The position numbers and the translations under genes were made by a program. A stretch of DNA of 64,000 bases from Octopus sinensis (lineage: Eukaryota), in contig NC_043000.1 of NCBI RefSeq assembly GCF_006345805.1, forward strand, positions 159,216,001 through 159,280,000. The letters run 5' to 3'. Below the pieces are notes generated by a model. It was given only the letters and a program-made list of their open reading frames with translations. It was not told where the DNA came from and did no database searches. Shown piece by piece: positions 24,168-36,224 of this stretch. How positions within the stretch are numbered: the first letter of the stretch is position 1; each line of letters begins with the position of its first letter.

Positions 24168-25189
24168 GACCACCACTAGCAAATTCCGCATCAAGTGCGA
24201 CACCGATAAGATCTATGTGAGGAGAAGCGATGGCAGAAGAAACATATGGTCAGTCGAAACATCCTTTGAATGTCGCATTCTATCACTCAGACAACACCAA
24301 TTGAACAGTAAAGAAAGAAATTAGTAGAATCCTCAGAGTTGGAGAACTACAGAGCTGGTCTTCTGAGCATATAACTGCCTCAAAGGAGACCACGCTGGCT
24401 TACTTAGATAGAAGCCTGGAACAGAAGCGGGCAGCATTCCAGCAAAATACAATGTATGAGTACATATGCCGTAAGCTAGAAGATAACAATAGTATTGACA
24501 AGAAGAAAGGCCTCTCTCGGACCTGTGATAGATACATTACATCCTACCTTGAATGATATACATTCGCTATCCAGGAACAAGTGATAGATTCTAAATAGCT
24601 GATATAGACAAAGATACCACCAAACGACATTATGATTGAAAATGTCGGCTTTGCTAAACCAGTATGGAACATGTCATCCACATTATCTGCAGCTACTCCA
24701 AAATGTCTACGAGATATCATCTGCCCGTGAGACATGATATAGTAACAAAGACTATTTACAATGCCATCGGCTGGAAGGACTGCCTTGACGTAAACATCAA
24801 ATACATTTCAGAAAAGGCACGTACTCACAACTTTAAAAAGGTGGAATACTGGTGGAATACTGGTCCAATAAAAGCAGCAATTCGGTACAAATATAGCAAA
24901 TATAGAGGTCAGCTGCCCAGCTGATGAGAATGTACCATCAAAAGTCGGGGAAAAGAGAACATTTATCGTGAATTCAGGCTGATCTTACAGCTCTTATTTC
25001 CTGACTTATATTTTCATTTGTACCTAGCATCATAGTGCACTAGGCTATCTACCTACAATTTTACATAAACATCTAGAAATACTAGGTTTGTTGGAGAAAG
25101 AGCAAAATAAACTGACACGGATTCTCCAAATCCAATCTATCAGCGGCACATTGAGAATTTGTTAGATATTCCAAAGATTCTCCATTTAA
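24168..25189 (+). mobile_element. Decayed 5'-truncated R4/Dong-like non-LTR retrotransposon (zinc knuckle and RLE region)
   Basis: FAIQEQVI, KCRLC..SMEHVIHIICS (CCHC), RHDIVTKTIY, EYWWN, IEVSCPADENV (RLE E..K region) and ALGYLP...LQIQSISGTLRIC, with stops and frameshifts. Confidence 0.75.
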
Positions 25190-26131
25190 GATACTTTAGA
25201 CGAACAGATACACGCACTTGGGTGTGTGCATCGATAGCTCAATCAACACACCAGTTCAACTTCATATTACAAACACTGGGAACTCTCTTAACTCAAAATG
25301 TCTTGTTGCATTGTGAGTGACCAAGTTCAACTCTTTTAAGAACTTAATACAACTCAACGAAAAACATATATAGACATAAATATATTTAAGAAACAGAACA
25401 GCTCTTAGTGAGACAAGCATGTTCCCGTAAAACCTTGAAATTTTATGTATTTTTTAGGATGGAAAAGAACCCTGAGATTTTTTACAGAGGGGAATTTATC
25501 ATAAAATTACGTCTTTAATATCTCTGAAGAGTTACGGTATGTAAGAGTTTCCGGTTCCTAATTTATCCTGTTGCTCCCTTTCTCACAATTACTCATTACA
25601 TCCCATAAACTCACTTTAACAATGGAAACTCAAATCAGTTAGCCAGATGGGGTTATGAACTCAAAACTTCTAACGATTAAGTATTAGAACCATAGCTTAT
25701 AATCATAGTTTCCAGCCGAAAGTTACTTGCCATATTATGGTTCTTCGGTCACTTTGCAGTAAGTCACACGTAACTGCATTGAAATCCTGTTCACAATTTA
25801 AGTGCGTTGCTTGTGATACATGAATGCTTCACAGAAATAATTTACCATTTCTTTTATAGCTGGTATTTTATTGGGTGAGGTTGGTAGAATTGGTAGTGGG
25901 TAGGACACAACGCTTTGTAGTATTTATTCCAGCTCATAACATTTTTTAGTTCAAAAACTGCTGAGGTTATCTATGCCTTTCGTCCTTCTGGGATTAAATC
26001 AAATGTTGGGGCCTATTACATTCATGACTACATACGCTTAATTACAGGTCTTATGTCAATGTAACAGATCATTATGAGTGATCTGTTATGTTTCATATTC
26101 GAAGAAATGTTCAGATTAAGGATGAAAATGG

Positions 26132-26342
26132 TACTCTTTTACTTGTTTCAGTCATTTGACTCCGGCCATGCTGGAGCACCGTCTTTAGTCGAGCAAATCG
26201 ACCCCAGGACTTATTCTTTGTAACCCTAGTACTTATTCTATCGGTCTCTTTTGCCGAACCGCTAAGTTACGGGGACCTAAACACACCAGCATCGGTTATC
26301 AAGCGATGTTGGGGGGACAAACACAGACACACAAACATATAC

Positions 26343-26386
<44 letters not shown>

Positions 26387-26542
26387 GACGGGCTTCTTTT
26401 CAGTTTCCGTCAACCAAATCTACTCACGAGGCTTTGGTCGGCCCGAGGCTATAGTAGAAGACACTTGCCCAAGGTGCCACGCAGTGGGATTGAACCCAGA
26501 ACCATGTGGCTGGTAAGCAGGCTACTTACCACAAAGCCACTC
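26132..26542 (-). mobile_element. CORE-type tRNA SINE (family B, OR1/OR2-like)
   Basis: Head gagtggctttgtggtaagtagc, CORE-like ccttgggcaagtgtctt, internal TA/TG tract and (aaaagagt) tail on the minus strand. Confidence 0.9.
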
Positions 26543-27485
26543 ATTTCTTTAAAATCGTAATCTTAAACTATAAGATCAGTGAATAAAAATCTACTAAATC
26601 TTCTTCCACTCGAGATTTCGAGAAAAATATTTTAATTTATATTAGATACCGAATGCCAACATACAATTCATCAATAATATTCAAAATCGCAAGAAAAGAA
26701 ACCCTTCAGAAATTATTCTAGGAATCATGGTTACAAGAATATTCGTCAGCAAGACTTTAATGTACTATACTAGTTATGGCTTTTTTTAAATTCAATTTTC
26801 GCTACGTTGCTGCGCTGTGTTCAAGCCACATCAAACTCGTGTTTGATATTTATATTTCTGGAATCAAGAAAATAGCCATTGATTTCGATTCAATGAAAAA
26901 TCGTCTTGTGCTGAGTTTAGCAATCATTTCACTACTTGAATTTCCTAACACCTGATAGCTTCCGCCATACGCTTTTCAATGAATATTTAACGGTTTGGTT
27001 ATATCGATGAAGTTAAAATGCTGTAGTTTAGATCAACAATTTCTTTTTTATTTGCGTTAAAAGATGAAAAATCGAGTTTATAAAGAATGGTTCTAAACAA
27101 TTTAATAAAAACAGGAAAACTTTTAAAGAACGTAAATGAATATATTCTTGTCATAATGAACGTATAAGACACCATAAATGAGTTTGTGTTCTTTAGTGTG
27201 TTGGCTCAGAGGGAAAGAGAAAGTGGGTTAATGTATCTCTCCCCACCTCCTCTCTCTCTCTCTCAGGTGCTGAAACATATAAAAGAATAAAAGAATAATA
27301 TGGTTTTCTTAAATACTCAAAAAGGAGCTTGAGTAAGAAACTGCTGTGAAGTTACTGAATGACTAGTGACTGGATAGTTATACCAAATCAAAAGTAGTTA
27401 TTAGAGTCTGGGTGTGCTGTTTATTGGTATTGTTTTAATGTATCTCCTTTTTATATAGCATTCTAGGTCAGCCCGATTAAGTACC

Positions 27486-27719
27486 TATTTCTTTACTACC
27501 CACAAGGGGCTAAACACAGAGGGGACAAACAAGGACAGACAAACGGATTAAGTCGATTTCATCGATCCCAGTACATAATTGGTACTTAATTTATCGATCC
27601 CGAAAGGATGAAAGGCAAAGTCGACCTCGGCGAAATTTGAACTCGGAACGTAACGACAGACGATATACTGCTAAGCATTTCGTCCGGCGCTCTAACGTTT
27701 CTGCCAGCTCACCGCCTTA
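27486..27719 (-). mobile_element. SINE family A with 16-bp TSD
   Basis: TSD agcccgattaagtacc at 27470-27485 and 27720-27735. Confidence 0.92.
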
Positions 27720-27739
27720 AGCCCGATTAAGTACCACCA

Positions 27740-28738
27740 TCTGGCCTTTGACGGAGTTCACTCTGTTGCAAGTATTCAGACTCGACCTCCTGCCTAGTGG
27801 CTCCGTGACCTATCTACACACAGTTGTACTCTACACTTCTCTATGATGCAAAGATAAGATCCATCGCCCCTTACCATTTCTTCCTTCTCTACCCCAACAT
27901 CCCAGAACTTCTGTGACCGAAACCCCACACATTACCTCTTACATGCAAACCACATATCCAGTTCTCCGAGGCACAAATTTCTCGACCCCTATCTACAATC
28001 CATCTCTGCTGTCCAGGTTACAATTTGTACTCAGACTTTGCTCCAAAAGGTGAGAGATAAACCCTTTATGGACGGGAAACCTAAGGTAATCACATAAACC
28101 GGCCTTCCCCATTTTAATATATACTGCTCTACATCTTAGAGAGTGATTCTTCTTTCGGATTTATGTTTTTTACAAACACGGTCTCGCGCCATTTCCGCTC
28201 TACCGGTCATTCATTACAACACTTGTTTGTGTTCGGGTTATCTTTGCACAGGGGCCATCCGGACTCCCGCCTTCACCGAGAACAAGAATTAAACTTCTCT
28301 CTTCGCTCCTTTGCGTCACATGGGCTTAATCCCCTCCCCTCTTCATCAGACTCCCCTCCTCTCCTCTTTTCATCTGACACCTACTTCCTCTCTTCACTCC
28401 TACCCACCTCTCCTCGCCTCTCTTGCTTTGACACCTACTTCCTCTTTTCACTCTTACCCGACTTCTCTCTTCACTGATACCCCTACATTCACTCCCTATA
28501 TCCACACCCCACACCCCACAACCACCAATCCCACTCCCACATAGCCCACCCTACTCCTACACCTCCACTCCCACACTAACACCCCACCCTCACATCTCCA
28601 GACCCCACACCACTATACCACATCATACCACCTCCACGTCACTCCACACACTAGCACTGACCATTTCCGAGCATCAAACTAATACACCTGCTTGTTGTTC
28701 ATATACCTCTCTGGGTCTTTTGTTCTTCTGTAAATTTA

Positions 28739-28740
<2 letters not shown>
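27740..28740 (+). mobile_element. Penelope-like GIY-YIG endonuclease C-terminal fragment with C-rich tail
   Basis: VSRHFRSTGHSLQHLFVFGLSLHRGHPDSRLHREQELNFSLRSFASHGLN matches the PLE endonuclease end (V..HF...GH....GL...R..REQ..IF....P.GLN). The tail at 28665-28740 is homologous to 39590-39665 on the minus strand. Confidence 0.7.
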
Positions 28741-28794
<54 letters not shown>

Positions 28795-29444
28795 TGTGTG
28801 TGTGTGTGTGCGTGTATGTGATTATTCAGTTTATTTCAAGATTTCTTGACAATAGAGAAATAACCGGTTTCTAACCTAGATTCATTGGAATTTCAACATC
28901 AACAACGGGTATTTTGTTGTATGCATGTATGTATGTATGTATGTATTTTAACTACGTTATCTCCCATCTACATTCATTAAAATAATCTTAATCTTAACAG
29001 TGTTGTGCCAACAGATTTTTTTTTAATAGTACCTTCTTCCCTTGCATATGGAAAATAAATAAAACTGTGTAATACTGGCATTGAAATAAGCATTAACTGA
29101 TACATTTCATTGTCAAAAAAACATTGAATTCGCGCCATCATATCATTGAAACTATGATAGGTTCCACCGTTATCTTCTTTTATTGCAAGGATTTATGACC
29201 AGGATCTCTTTCTTTCTTCATCTATGATTCTTTGAAGATACAGGTTTATAAATCTCCAAGCACGGTAACGGTAACTTCAGTCTTACCATGAGACGACACA
29301 CGTTAGGAAACACCCTCGGTTACATACGAAAATAAGCTCAGTAGAAGAAAATAAATGTGCTTCAATTTATCAATTCATGCATGGAAAGCATGAACGCCAT
29401 AGCTTGTCATTCTATAAACAATAGTAATTCTATATTATTCTTTC

Positions 29445-29863
29445 AAAAGGCGGTGAGCTGGCAGAAACGTTAGCACACCGGGCGAAATGCTTAGCGGTAT
29501 TTCGTCTGTCGTTACGTTCCGAGTTCAAATTCCGCCGAGGTCGACTTTGCCTTTCATCCTTTCGGGGTCGATAAATTAAGTACCAGTTACGCACTGGGGT
29601 CGATATAATCGACTTAATCCGTCTATCTGTCCTTGTTTGTCCTATCTGTGTTTAGCCCCTTGTGGGTAGTAAAGAAATAGGTATTTCGTCTGTCGTTACG
29701 TTCTGAGTTCAAATTCCGCCGAGGTCGACTTTGCCTTTCATCCTTTCGGGGTCGATAAATTAAGTACCAGTTACGCACTGGGGTCGATGTAATCGACTTA
29801 ATCCGTCTGCCTGTCCTTGTTTGTCCCCTCTGTGTTTAGCCCCTTGTGGGTAGTAAATAAATA
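29445..29863 (+). mobile_element. SINE family A dimer (head plus two bodies) inside one TSD
   Basis: TSD tatattattctttc at 29431-29444 and 29864-29877. Confidence 0.92.
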
Positions 29864-31050
29864 TATATTATTCTTTCCTAAGCTCAATTTTAAACAAAGG
29901 GAAGCAAGTAGCAAAAGTTGCCTCCCTTGAATTTTTTAATTAGTTTATTGCTCGCTACAAAATTTTTATGATTTTGTTCAAGTTTCACTTATTTACACTT
30001 CACATTGCATTATATATCTTTTTATATAATGTTATACAACCAATCATCCCTTTTTTGGTTTCAATAGAAATTCACTTGTATGTCTTTTCTTAAAATATAC
30101 ACAACTATACAACACACGCTTACATTTTTTCCACTAAAAAATCAGAATTCATCTAAAAGAGAAATTCTATGCAAATTAATTTCTATTTGATTTCACATTA
30201 TTAACTATAGAACGTGTGGGCAAGTAAAAGAAAAAGAACAACAGAGCTTAGAACGAACACTGTATGCGACAGTTGATACTTGGTTCGAAAACAGTCCATT
30301 CGGGTACTGAAGACATAATTTATATTCTTCGTATTTTACTTCATCTTCGATTACTGGGCATTCTATTTGCTTATAGATTAAGATCCCATATCTGAGTTTA
30401 AAACAAAACAGTGATTATATTTTCCTTAATCATCCATGGGATATTTATCATGTGTATTTACACTAAGATATATTTACGTCCTTAATATACCTAAATTGGG
30501 TCAGATATGCTCAGATTTATTTGCTTTTTTTTTTAAATAAGTCTTTTATCCTTTCTTACTTTAATTTTCTCGACAACAGCTTTTTCTTTTTGTTTTTTAC
30601 CCATAAATCATATCAGTCAGTCCCTTTCTACAGAGGCGAAACGTTTGCCTGAGCACCGGTTAGAAAGTTACCAACGAAAAGAGGGTAATTCATTTAGTTA
30701 CGTATATAAAGTTAAAATAAAACCTTTAAATTATAAATTATTTTGATAAAATTTAAACAAAATAGTATAAGAATTTATTGTTACATTATAATCTGTAACA
30801 TATTTTCATAATTTTTACTCATATTTTTCACAACTTTGTTTTTAGAATTTACCAAAATGTGTCTTAAAATTGTATTTTACATGAAATAGAGAACGTTTTT
30901 CAAATTAGCAGAGGACGTCCCACCCGTTTGCTTTTATAATGTTAGAAACGGATGAATTGACCGATCAAAGGTAAAACTGCAGTAAATTATTTGATTAGTA
31001 AGATATTCCTTAATAAATATCGATTTGATATATGTAACAATTAATTACAG

Positions 31051-31281
31051 AACAAGAAAGGGATGACATGCCGACTATTAATTCGTTCGATGATTCGATC
31101 TCGGATGATCAATTATGTTTACTTGTAATCAAAAGAAGTTACCCAAACCACCCGGTTCGAAACCCCGCAGGTTTGCAATCTGGGAACTCTGTTATCTCTG
31201 CAATACCTTCGTGTTACTGTTACATTATGCACTGATGCTTGTATTTCAACTAACAAAGTCAGCTGTTGTGGTAGCAAGCAG
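31051..31281 (+). other. Candidate upstream exon of the zinc-finger gene
   Basis: Acceptor ttaattacag at 31050 and donor CAG|GTGAGG at 31282. An ATG at 31115 is open to the donor in phase 2, which matches the phase-2 acceptor at 42470. Confidence 0.3.
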
Positions 31282-32162
31282 GTGAGGGCAATGGAAACAT
31301 GTCTTGTTAAGTATAACACTGAGGTCTCGAATCAGACATACTGACGCCAATAATTCGATAATTAATTGAGCCATTGAAATATGGTGCCCCCTTTATTAGG
31401 GTTTGATTTTATCAGTCAGATTTGGAAAGATCAGACAGCCTAACTTAGAGTCGAGGCCAATATCTCGTTTGAGACACACCACTGTGAGGATGCATTGATA
31501 CGGCATTCATCATCACCGATTTATGCATTTACCCCTGCAACGTTGGCCGAACAACGCAAAATCGTTAAACCCGATGCTATAACTATATTCTGTTAGTTAC
31601 CGACGTAATTGTAATCTACACCATCTTAAATTTATCTTGGAAAACTTTCGTTAGAAAAAAATAAGCATTTTCAAAAAGTTCTGGAAGAATGAAAGTCGGA
31701 CGAGATGCATTTCTGTAGTTATGATACAACGTGCACGAACCTTCGTTTCTTTGTTTATATCTTTCTATAATTAGTTGTATATGACTAATGATTTTTACTC
31801 CATTTACCTTCAAGATATCATTACTTCTTACTATTCAATCAATTATTTTTAATTTTTGTAATCTTTGGTATCATTCATTAATAAATATGGTCTTAGTATA
31901 TTTCAAACTAACAACACTTTATTATGTTTGCTTCTTTGCAAATGCTGAAGGAGAGGATCAGGATGGTGCAGTTGGTTTGTTGTATAAGCATGAGAACTAA
32001 CATGTTTAAAACATGGCAAATCTTAAAATTTGTTCCTCTTTGTTTCATATTTATTAGCAAAGCAACCACATGTGGTCTAGTTTGGTCACAAAGCTCATGT
32101 TTAGTGTATCGCTTCCCTGTTTTAAATAATAATAGTAACACTTTCTTTAGTTACTTCCCACC

Positions 32163-32425
32163 TGACTGGTGTCCGTGTCGGTGACATGTAGAAGCACCAA
32201 CCGATCGTGGCCGTTTGCTAGCCTCTTCTGGCTCCTGTGCTGGTGGCACATAAAAAGCACCTACTACACCCATGGAGTGGTTGGCGTTAGGAAGGGCATC
32301 CAGCTGTAGAAACATTGCCAGATCAGACTGGGCCTGGTGCAGCCTCCTGGCTTCCCAGATCCCCGGTCGAACTGTCCAACCCATGCTAGCATGGAAAACG
32401 GACGTTAAACGATGAGGATTATGAT
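32163..32425 (+). mobile_element. RTE 3'UTR-derived short repeat (family C)
   Basis: ggagtggttggcgttaggaagggcatccagctgtagaaac...ggacgttaaacgatga is homologous to the 3' end of the LINE at 33890-34160. Confidence 0.88.
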
Positions 32426-33857
32426 TCATTATTGATAAACCTAATGCTTTCTTACATTGGTACATAACCAGACATTTTTAGGTGAAATGTATAGCTGATT
32501 GAACTGATGTCCAGTATATGCTGGGTACCTATTGTAGACGGATGAAAGTTAAGTGCCAGAGGCATATGAAATCAGAATGCTTAGAAAAAAAGAAATCAAA
32601 TATCGTAATACATAGAGTCTAGTATGCTACTGTTTCTAATATTGATAATTATTTATTTGACGAGTAGGCAGAATCATAAAAGTGTTTGAAAAAATGGTTG
32701 TGGCATTTGATATGGCTTTTTACATTTTCAGGTGAAATCCTATCAAGGTGAACTCTGCCTTTCATTCCTCCAGAATTAATAATGTACCAGTTAAGTACTG
32801 TGTCAATAGTGTCAGTTTTCCCCTCCCTTCAGAATTGCTGGCCATGTCCCTGAACCAAAAATCATTATATCTAATTTAGACTCAAAATTATGAATTTTTG
32901 AAGGGAGGAGATGCCATCAGCCTTGAAAGGATGAAAGGCAAGGTTGCAGAAAATGAACCAAAAAAAAAATCTGCAAGGCATTTTGTCTGACACTCTAACA
33001 ATTCTGTTAATCAAACACCCTTATAATAGTAATAATGGTTTCTGATTTAGGCAAAAGACCAGCAATTGTGAGGGGAGGGGGAGTGGTTGATACCATTGGC
33101 CCAAGTACCTGACTTGTGCTTCATTTTATCTATCCCAAATGAATAAAAGGCAAACTAGATTTGAACCCAGAATGTATAGAACCAGCAAAAGACTGCACAG
33201 CAAATTTGTTCAATGGCTCTAATGACAATGCAATCATGAAGAAATATGTTATTTCCTTGAAGCACAAACTAAAAGAGCTTACTCTGAGTCAAACACTTGT
33301 CAGGAAGAAAAAAATGATAGTAATTGTATCCTTATCTACAAGACTGTTTTCATCAAGTCTCTTTGCATGATTAATTTTGCTCACTTAGCCAAAATTACAA
33401 TGTACCATACTAAAAGGTTGTTCAGTTACAATGTGCATATTCAAAATTTATTCAATTTATTTTATACAGTTAAATTAAATGAAATTTGTTATCTATTTTC
33501 AGGAATGAAAAAGATTATCTTCTTGAATTTTCAGACTCTGTTGATTTAGACCAACGTCGCCAATATATTGATAACTTTCTAGACTCTTTATACAAAGAAG
33601 CATGTAAGAAACTCCTTAATTTTATCAATATCTATCTATCATTATATGTGTGTGTGTAAAGGCACACACACATACACACAAAAATATATCAGATTTGTGT
33701 ATATATGTATATATGTGTGTGTGTTATAAAGTTATATATATATCTGTATGGTTGTTTATATATGTATGGATAATTCCCTTGTACTGATCAAAATGTGCTT
33801 CCAGATTTTTCTTGATTACACTCTTCTTTATATATGCTAGTGGATGCATATATATAC

Positions 33858-33889
<32 letters not shown>

Positions 33890-33891
<2 letters not shown>

Positions 33892-36205
33892 CATCATCAT
33901 CATCATCATCATCATCGTTTAACGTCCGCTTTCCGCGCTAGCACGGGTTGGACGGTTCGACCGGGTCTGGGAAGCCAGGGGCCGCTCCAGGCTCCAGTCT
34001 GAATCTGGCAGAGTTTCTACGGCTGGATGCCCTTCCTAACGCCAACCACTCCGTGAGTGGATTGGGTGCTTTTTACGTGCCACCTGCACAGGGGCCGGAG
34101 GGTCCGGCATCGTCACGATCGGTTCGAGCATTTTAACGTGTCAGCGGCACGGGGGCAACGAGGTCCGGGGTACTTTGGGGGATCGGGGTACTTTGGGGAT
34201 CCAGGGTACTTTGGGGATCCGGGGTACTTAGAATGGGTAGGGGGTATGTGGAATTGCTGCAGAAAGCAGCCCGGGTCTTTGTAGTCACAGCATATCTCCA
34301 GAGATCTCGGTCCTTCGCCATTGCCTCAGTGAGGCCCAATGCTCTGAGGTCATGCTTGACCACCTCATCCCATGTCTTCCTGGGTCTACCTCTCCCCCTG
34401 ATACCTTCAACTGTTTGGGAGTGGCACTTCTTCACACATCTCTCTTCATCCATCCGCAGCACATGACCATACCATCGCAAGCGTCGCTCTTGCACACCAC
34501 ATCTGATGCTTCTTATATCCAGCATTTCTCTCAGGATACTTACACTCTGTTTTGCGTGCACACTGACACTACACATCCAGCGGATCATGCTAGCTTCATT
34601 TCTTTCAAGTCTACGCATGTCTTCTGCAGTCACAGCCCATGTTTCATTACCGTGAAGCATGGCAGTTCGCACACATGCATCATACAATCTACCTTTTGCT
34701 CTGAGGGAGAGACCTTTTGTTGCCAGTAGGGGTAGGAGCTTTCTGAACTTTGCCCAGGCTATTCGTATTCTAGTGGTGATACTCTCTGTGCATCCACCTC
34801 CGCTACTAACTTGGTCACCCAGGTAGCGGAAACTATCAACTACTTCTAGTTTCTCTCCCTGGAGTGTGATGGAATCTGTTTTCTGAGTGTCTGTTGTGTC
34901 TATTGTCCCTGTGCATCTGCCGCACATGAAAGCTATCTTATCTGTTAATTTCCCTTTAATGTTGCTGCACCTCTTATGTGTCCATAACTTACATTGGGTG
35001 CATCTTATGGAGTTTCTACCTGTACCTTTCCTACAGGTTGAGCAGGGCCACCTACCCGAGGGGATGTGTGCTGAGTACCTCTTGCTGCTTACTAATACTT
35101 TGGTCTTTGCTACATTTATTCTAAGGCCCTTTGATTCCAACCCTTGCTTCCACACCCGAAATTTCTCTTCTAGTTCCGGTAGTGATTCTGCTATGAGAGC
35201 TAGGTCATCGGCATAGAGGAGCTCCCAGGGGCATCCCGTTTTGAATTCCTCTGTTATTGCCTGAAGGACTATGATGAATAAAAGGGGACTGAGGGCTGAG
35301 CCCTGGTGCACACCTACTTCTACCCGGAATTCTTCACTATATTCGTTGCCAATCCTAACCTTGCTGACAGCCTCTCTGTATAGAGCCTGTACAGCCCTTA
35401 TTAGCCATTCTTCAATCTCCAGTTTCCGCATCGACCACCAGATAAGGGAACGGGGAACCCTGTCAAAGGCTTTCTCCAAGTCTACAAAAGCTATGTAGAG
35501 GGGTTTATCTTTAGCTAGGTACTTCTCCTGCAGTTGTCGGACCAGGAATATAGCATCAGTGGTGCTTCTACCTGGTACAAAACCGAACTGCATTTCATCT
35601 AAACAAATTCTCTCCCTAATGAGATTGGTTATGACCTTCTCTGAGACCTTCATCACCTGGTCCAACAGTTTGATACCTCTGTAGTTATTTCTATCTAGAG
35701 CATCACCCTTACCCTTGTAGCAGTTGACTATGGTGCTGCTGCACCAGTCATTGGGTATGACTCCATTGTGAACTACCTGGTTTACAATGCGGGTGACTAT
35801 GGCATAGCCCACATAGCCAGCTGTTTTAAGCATCTCAGCAGTGATTCCTGATAGGCCAGGGGCTTTGCCTGGTTTCATATCCTTAATTGCCTTATCTACA
35901 AGGGAGCTGTCTATTCGGGTAGCTGGTCCCTCTACTGGGTCAACATTTGGCAGGCTCTCCTCCTCCCATTCATTCTCCTCATTCAGCAGTCTTTCATAAT
36001 GGCTTCTCCAAGCCTCTTTCTTTTCACTAGTAGTAAAAGCAAGTGCCCCATCATCCATGCGGACACATTTCTCTCCTATAACATCGCTATTTTCTCTGAC
36101 ACACTGTCTGGCAATCCGAAATACTTCAGCTCTTTGATCCTCGCGACGCTGGACATTGGCAAACTTCTTCTTTTCTGCTACATCTTTGGCAATGTATACC
36201 TGCCA
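33890..36205 (-). mobile_element. 5'-truncated RTE-clade LINE with intact RT frame and (GAT)n tail
   Basis: Uninterrupted RT frame, 3'UTR ending gacgttaaacgatgatgat, no APE domain; the 5' end stops at a (TA)n tract. Confidence 0.93.
34133..36205 (-). CDS. Reverse transcriptase portion (ORF2 C-terminal ~690 aa) of an RTE LINE
   Basis: RT motifs GKAPG, NNYRGIKLL, QFGF.PGRSTTDA, FVDLEKAFDRV, GVHQGSALSPLLF and LYADD; an inserted Cys/His finger; C-terminal LRWYGHV and GRP..W. The 42 codons upstream of 36205 are not homologous. Confidence 0.9.
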   Translation of the reverse strand, partial: WQVYIAKDVAEKKKFANVQRREDQRAEVFRIARQCVRENSDVIGEKCVRMDDGALAFTTSEKKEAWRSHYERLLNEENEWEEESLPNVDPVEGPATRIDSSLVDKAIKDMKPGKAPGLSGITAEMLKTAGYVGYAIVTRIVNQVVHNGVIPNDWCSSTIVNCYKGKGDALDRNNYRGIKLLDQVMKVSEKVITNLIRERICLDEMQFGFVPGRSTTDAIFLVRQLQEKYLAKDKPLYIAFVDLEKAFDRVPRSLIWWSMRKLEIEEWLIRAVQALYREAVSKVRIGNEYSEEFRVEVGVHQGSALSPLLFIIVLQAITEEFKTGCPWELLYADDLALIAESLPELEEKFRVWKQGLESKGLRINVAKTKVLVSSKRYSAHIPSGRWPCSTCRKGTGRNSIRCTQCKLWTHKRCSNIKGKLTDKIAFMCGRCTGTIDTTDTQKTDSITLQGEKLEVVDSFRYLGDQVSSGGGCTESITTRIRIAWAKFRKLLPLLATKGLSLRAKGRLYDACVRTAMLHGNETWAVTAEDMRRLERNEASMIRWMCSVSVHAKQSVSILREMLDIRSIRCGVQERRLRWYGHVLRMDEERCVKKCHSQTVEGIRGRGRPRKTWDEVVKHDLRALGLTEAMAKDRDLWRYAVTTKTRAAFCSNSTYPLPILSTPDPQSTLDPQSTPIPQSTPDLVAPVPLTR

Positions 36206-36224
36206 TATATATATATATATATAT

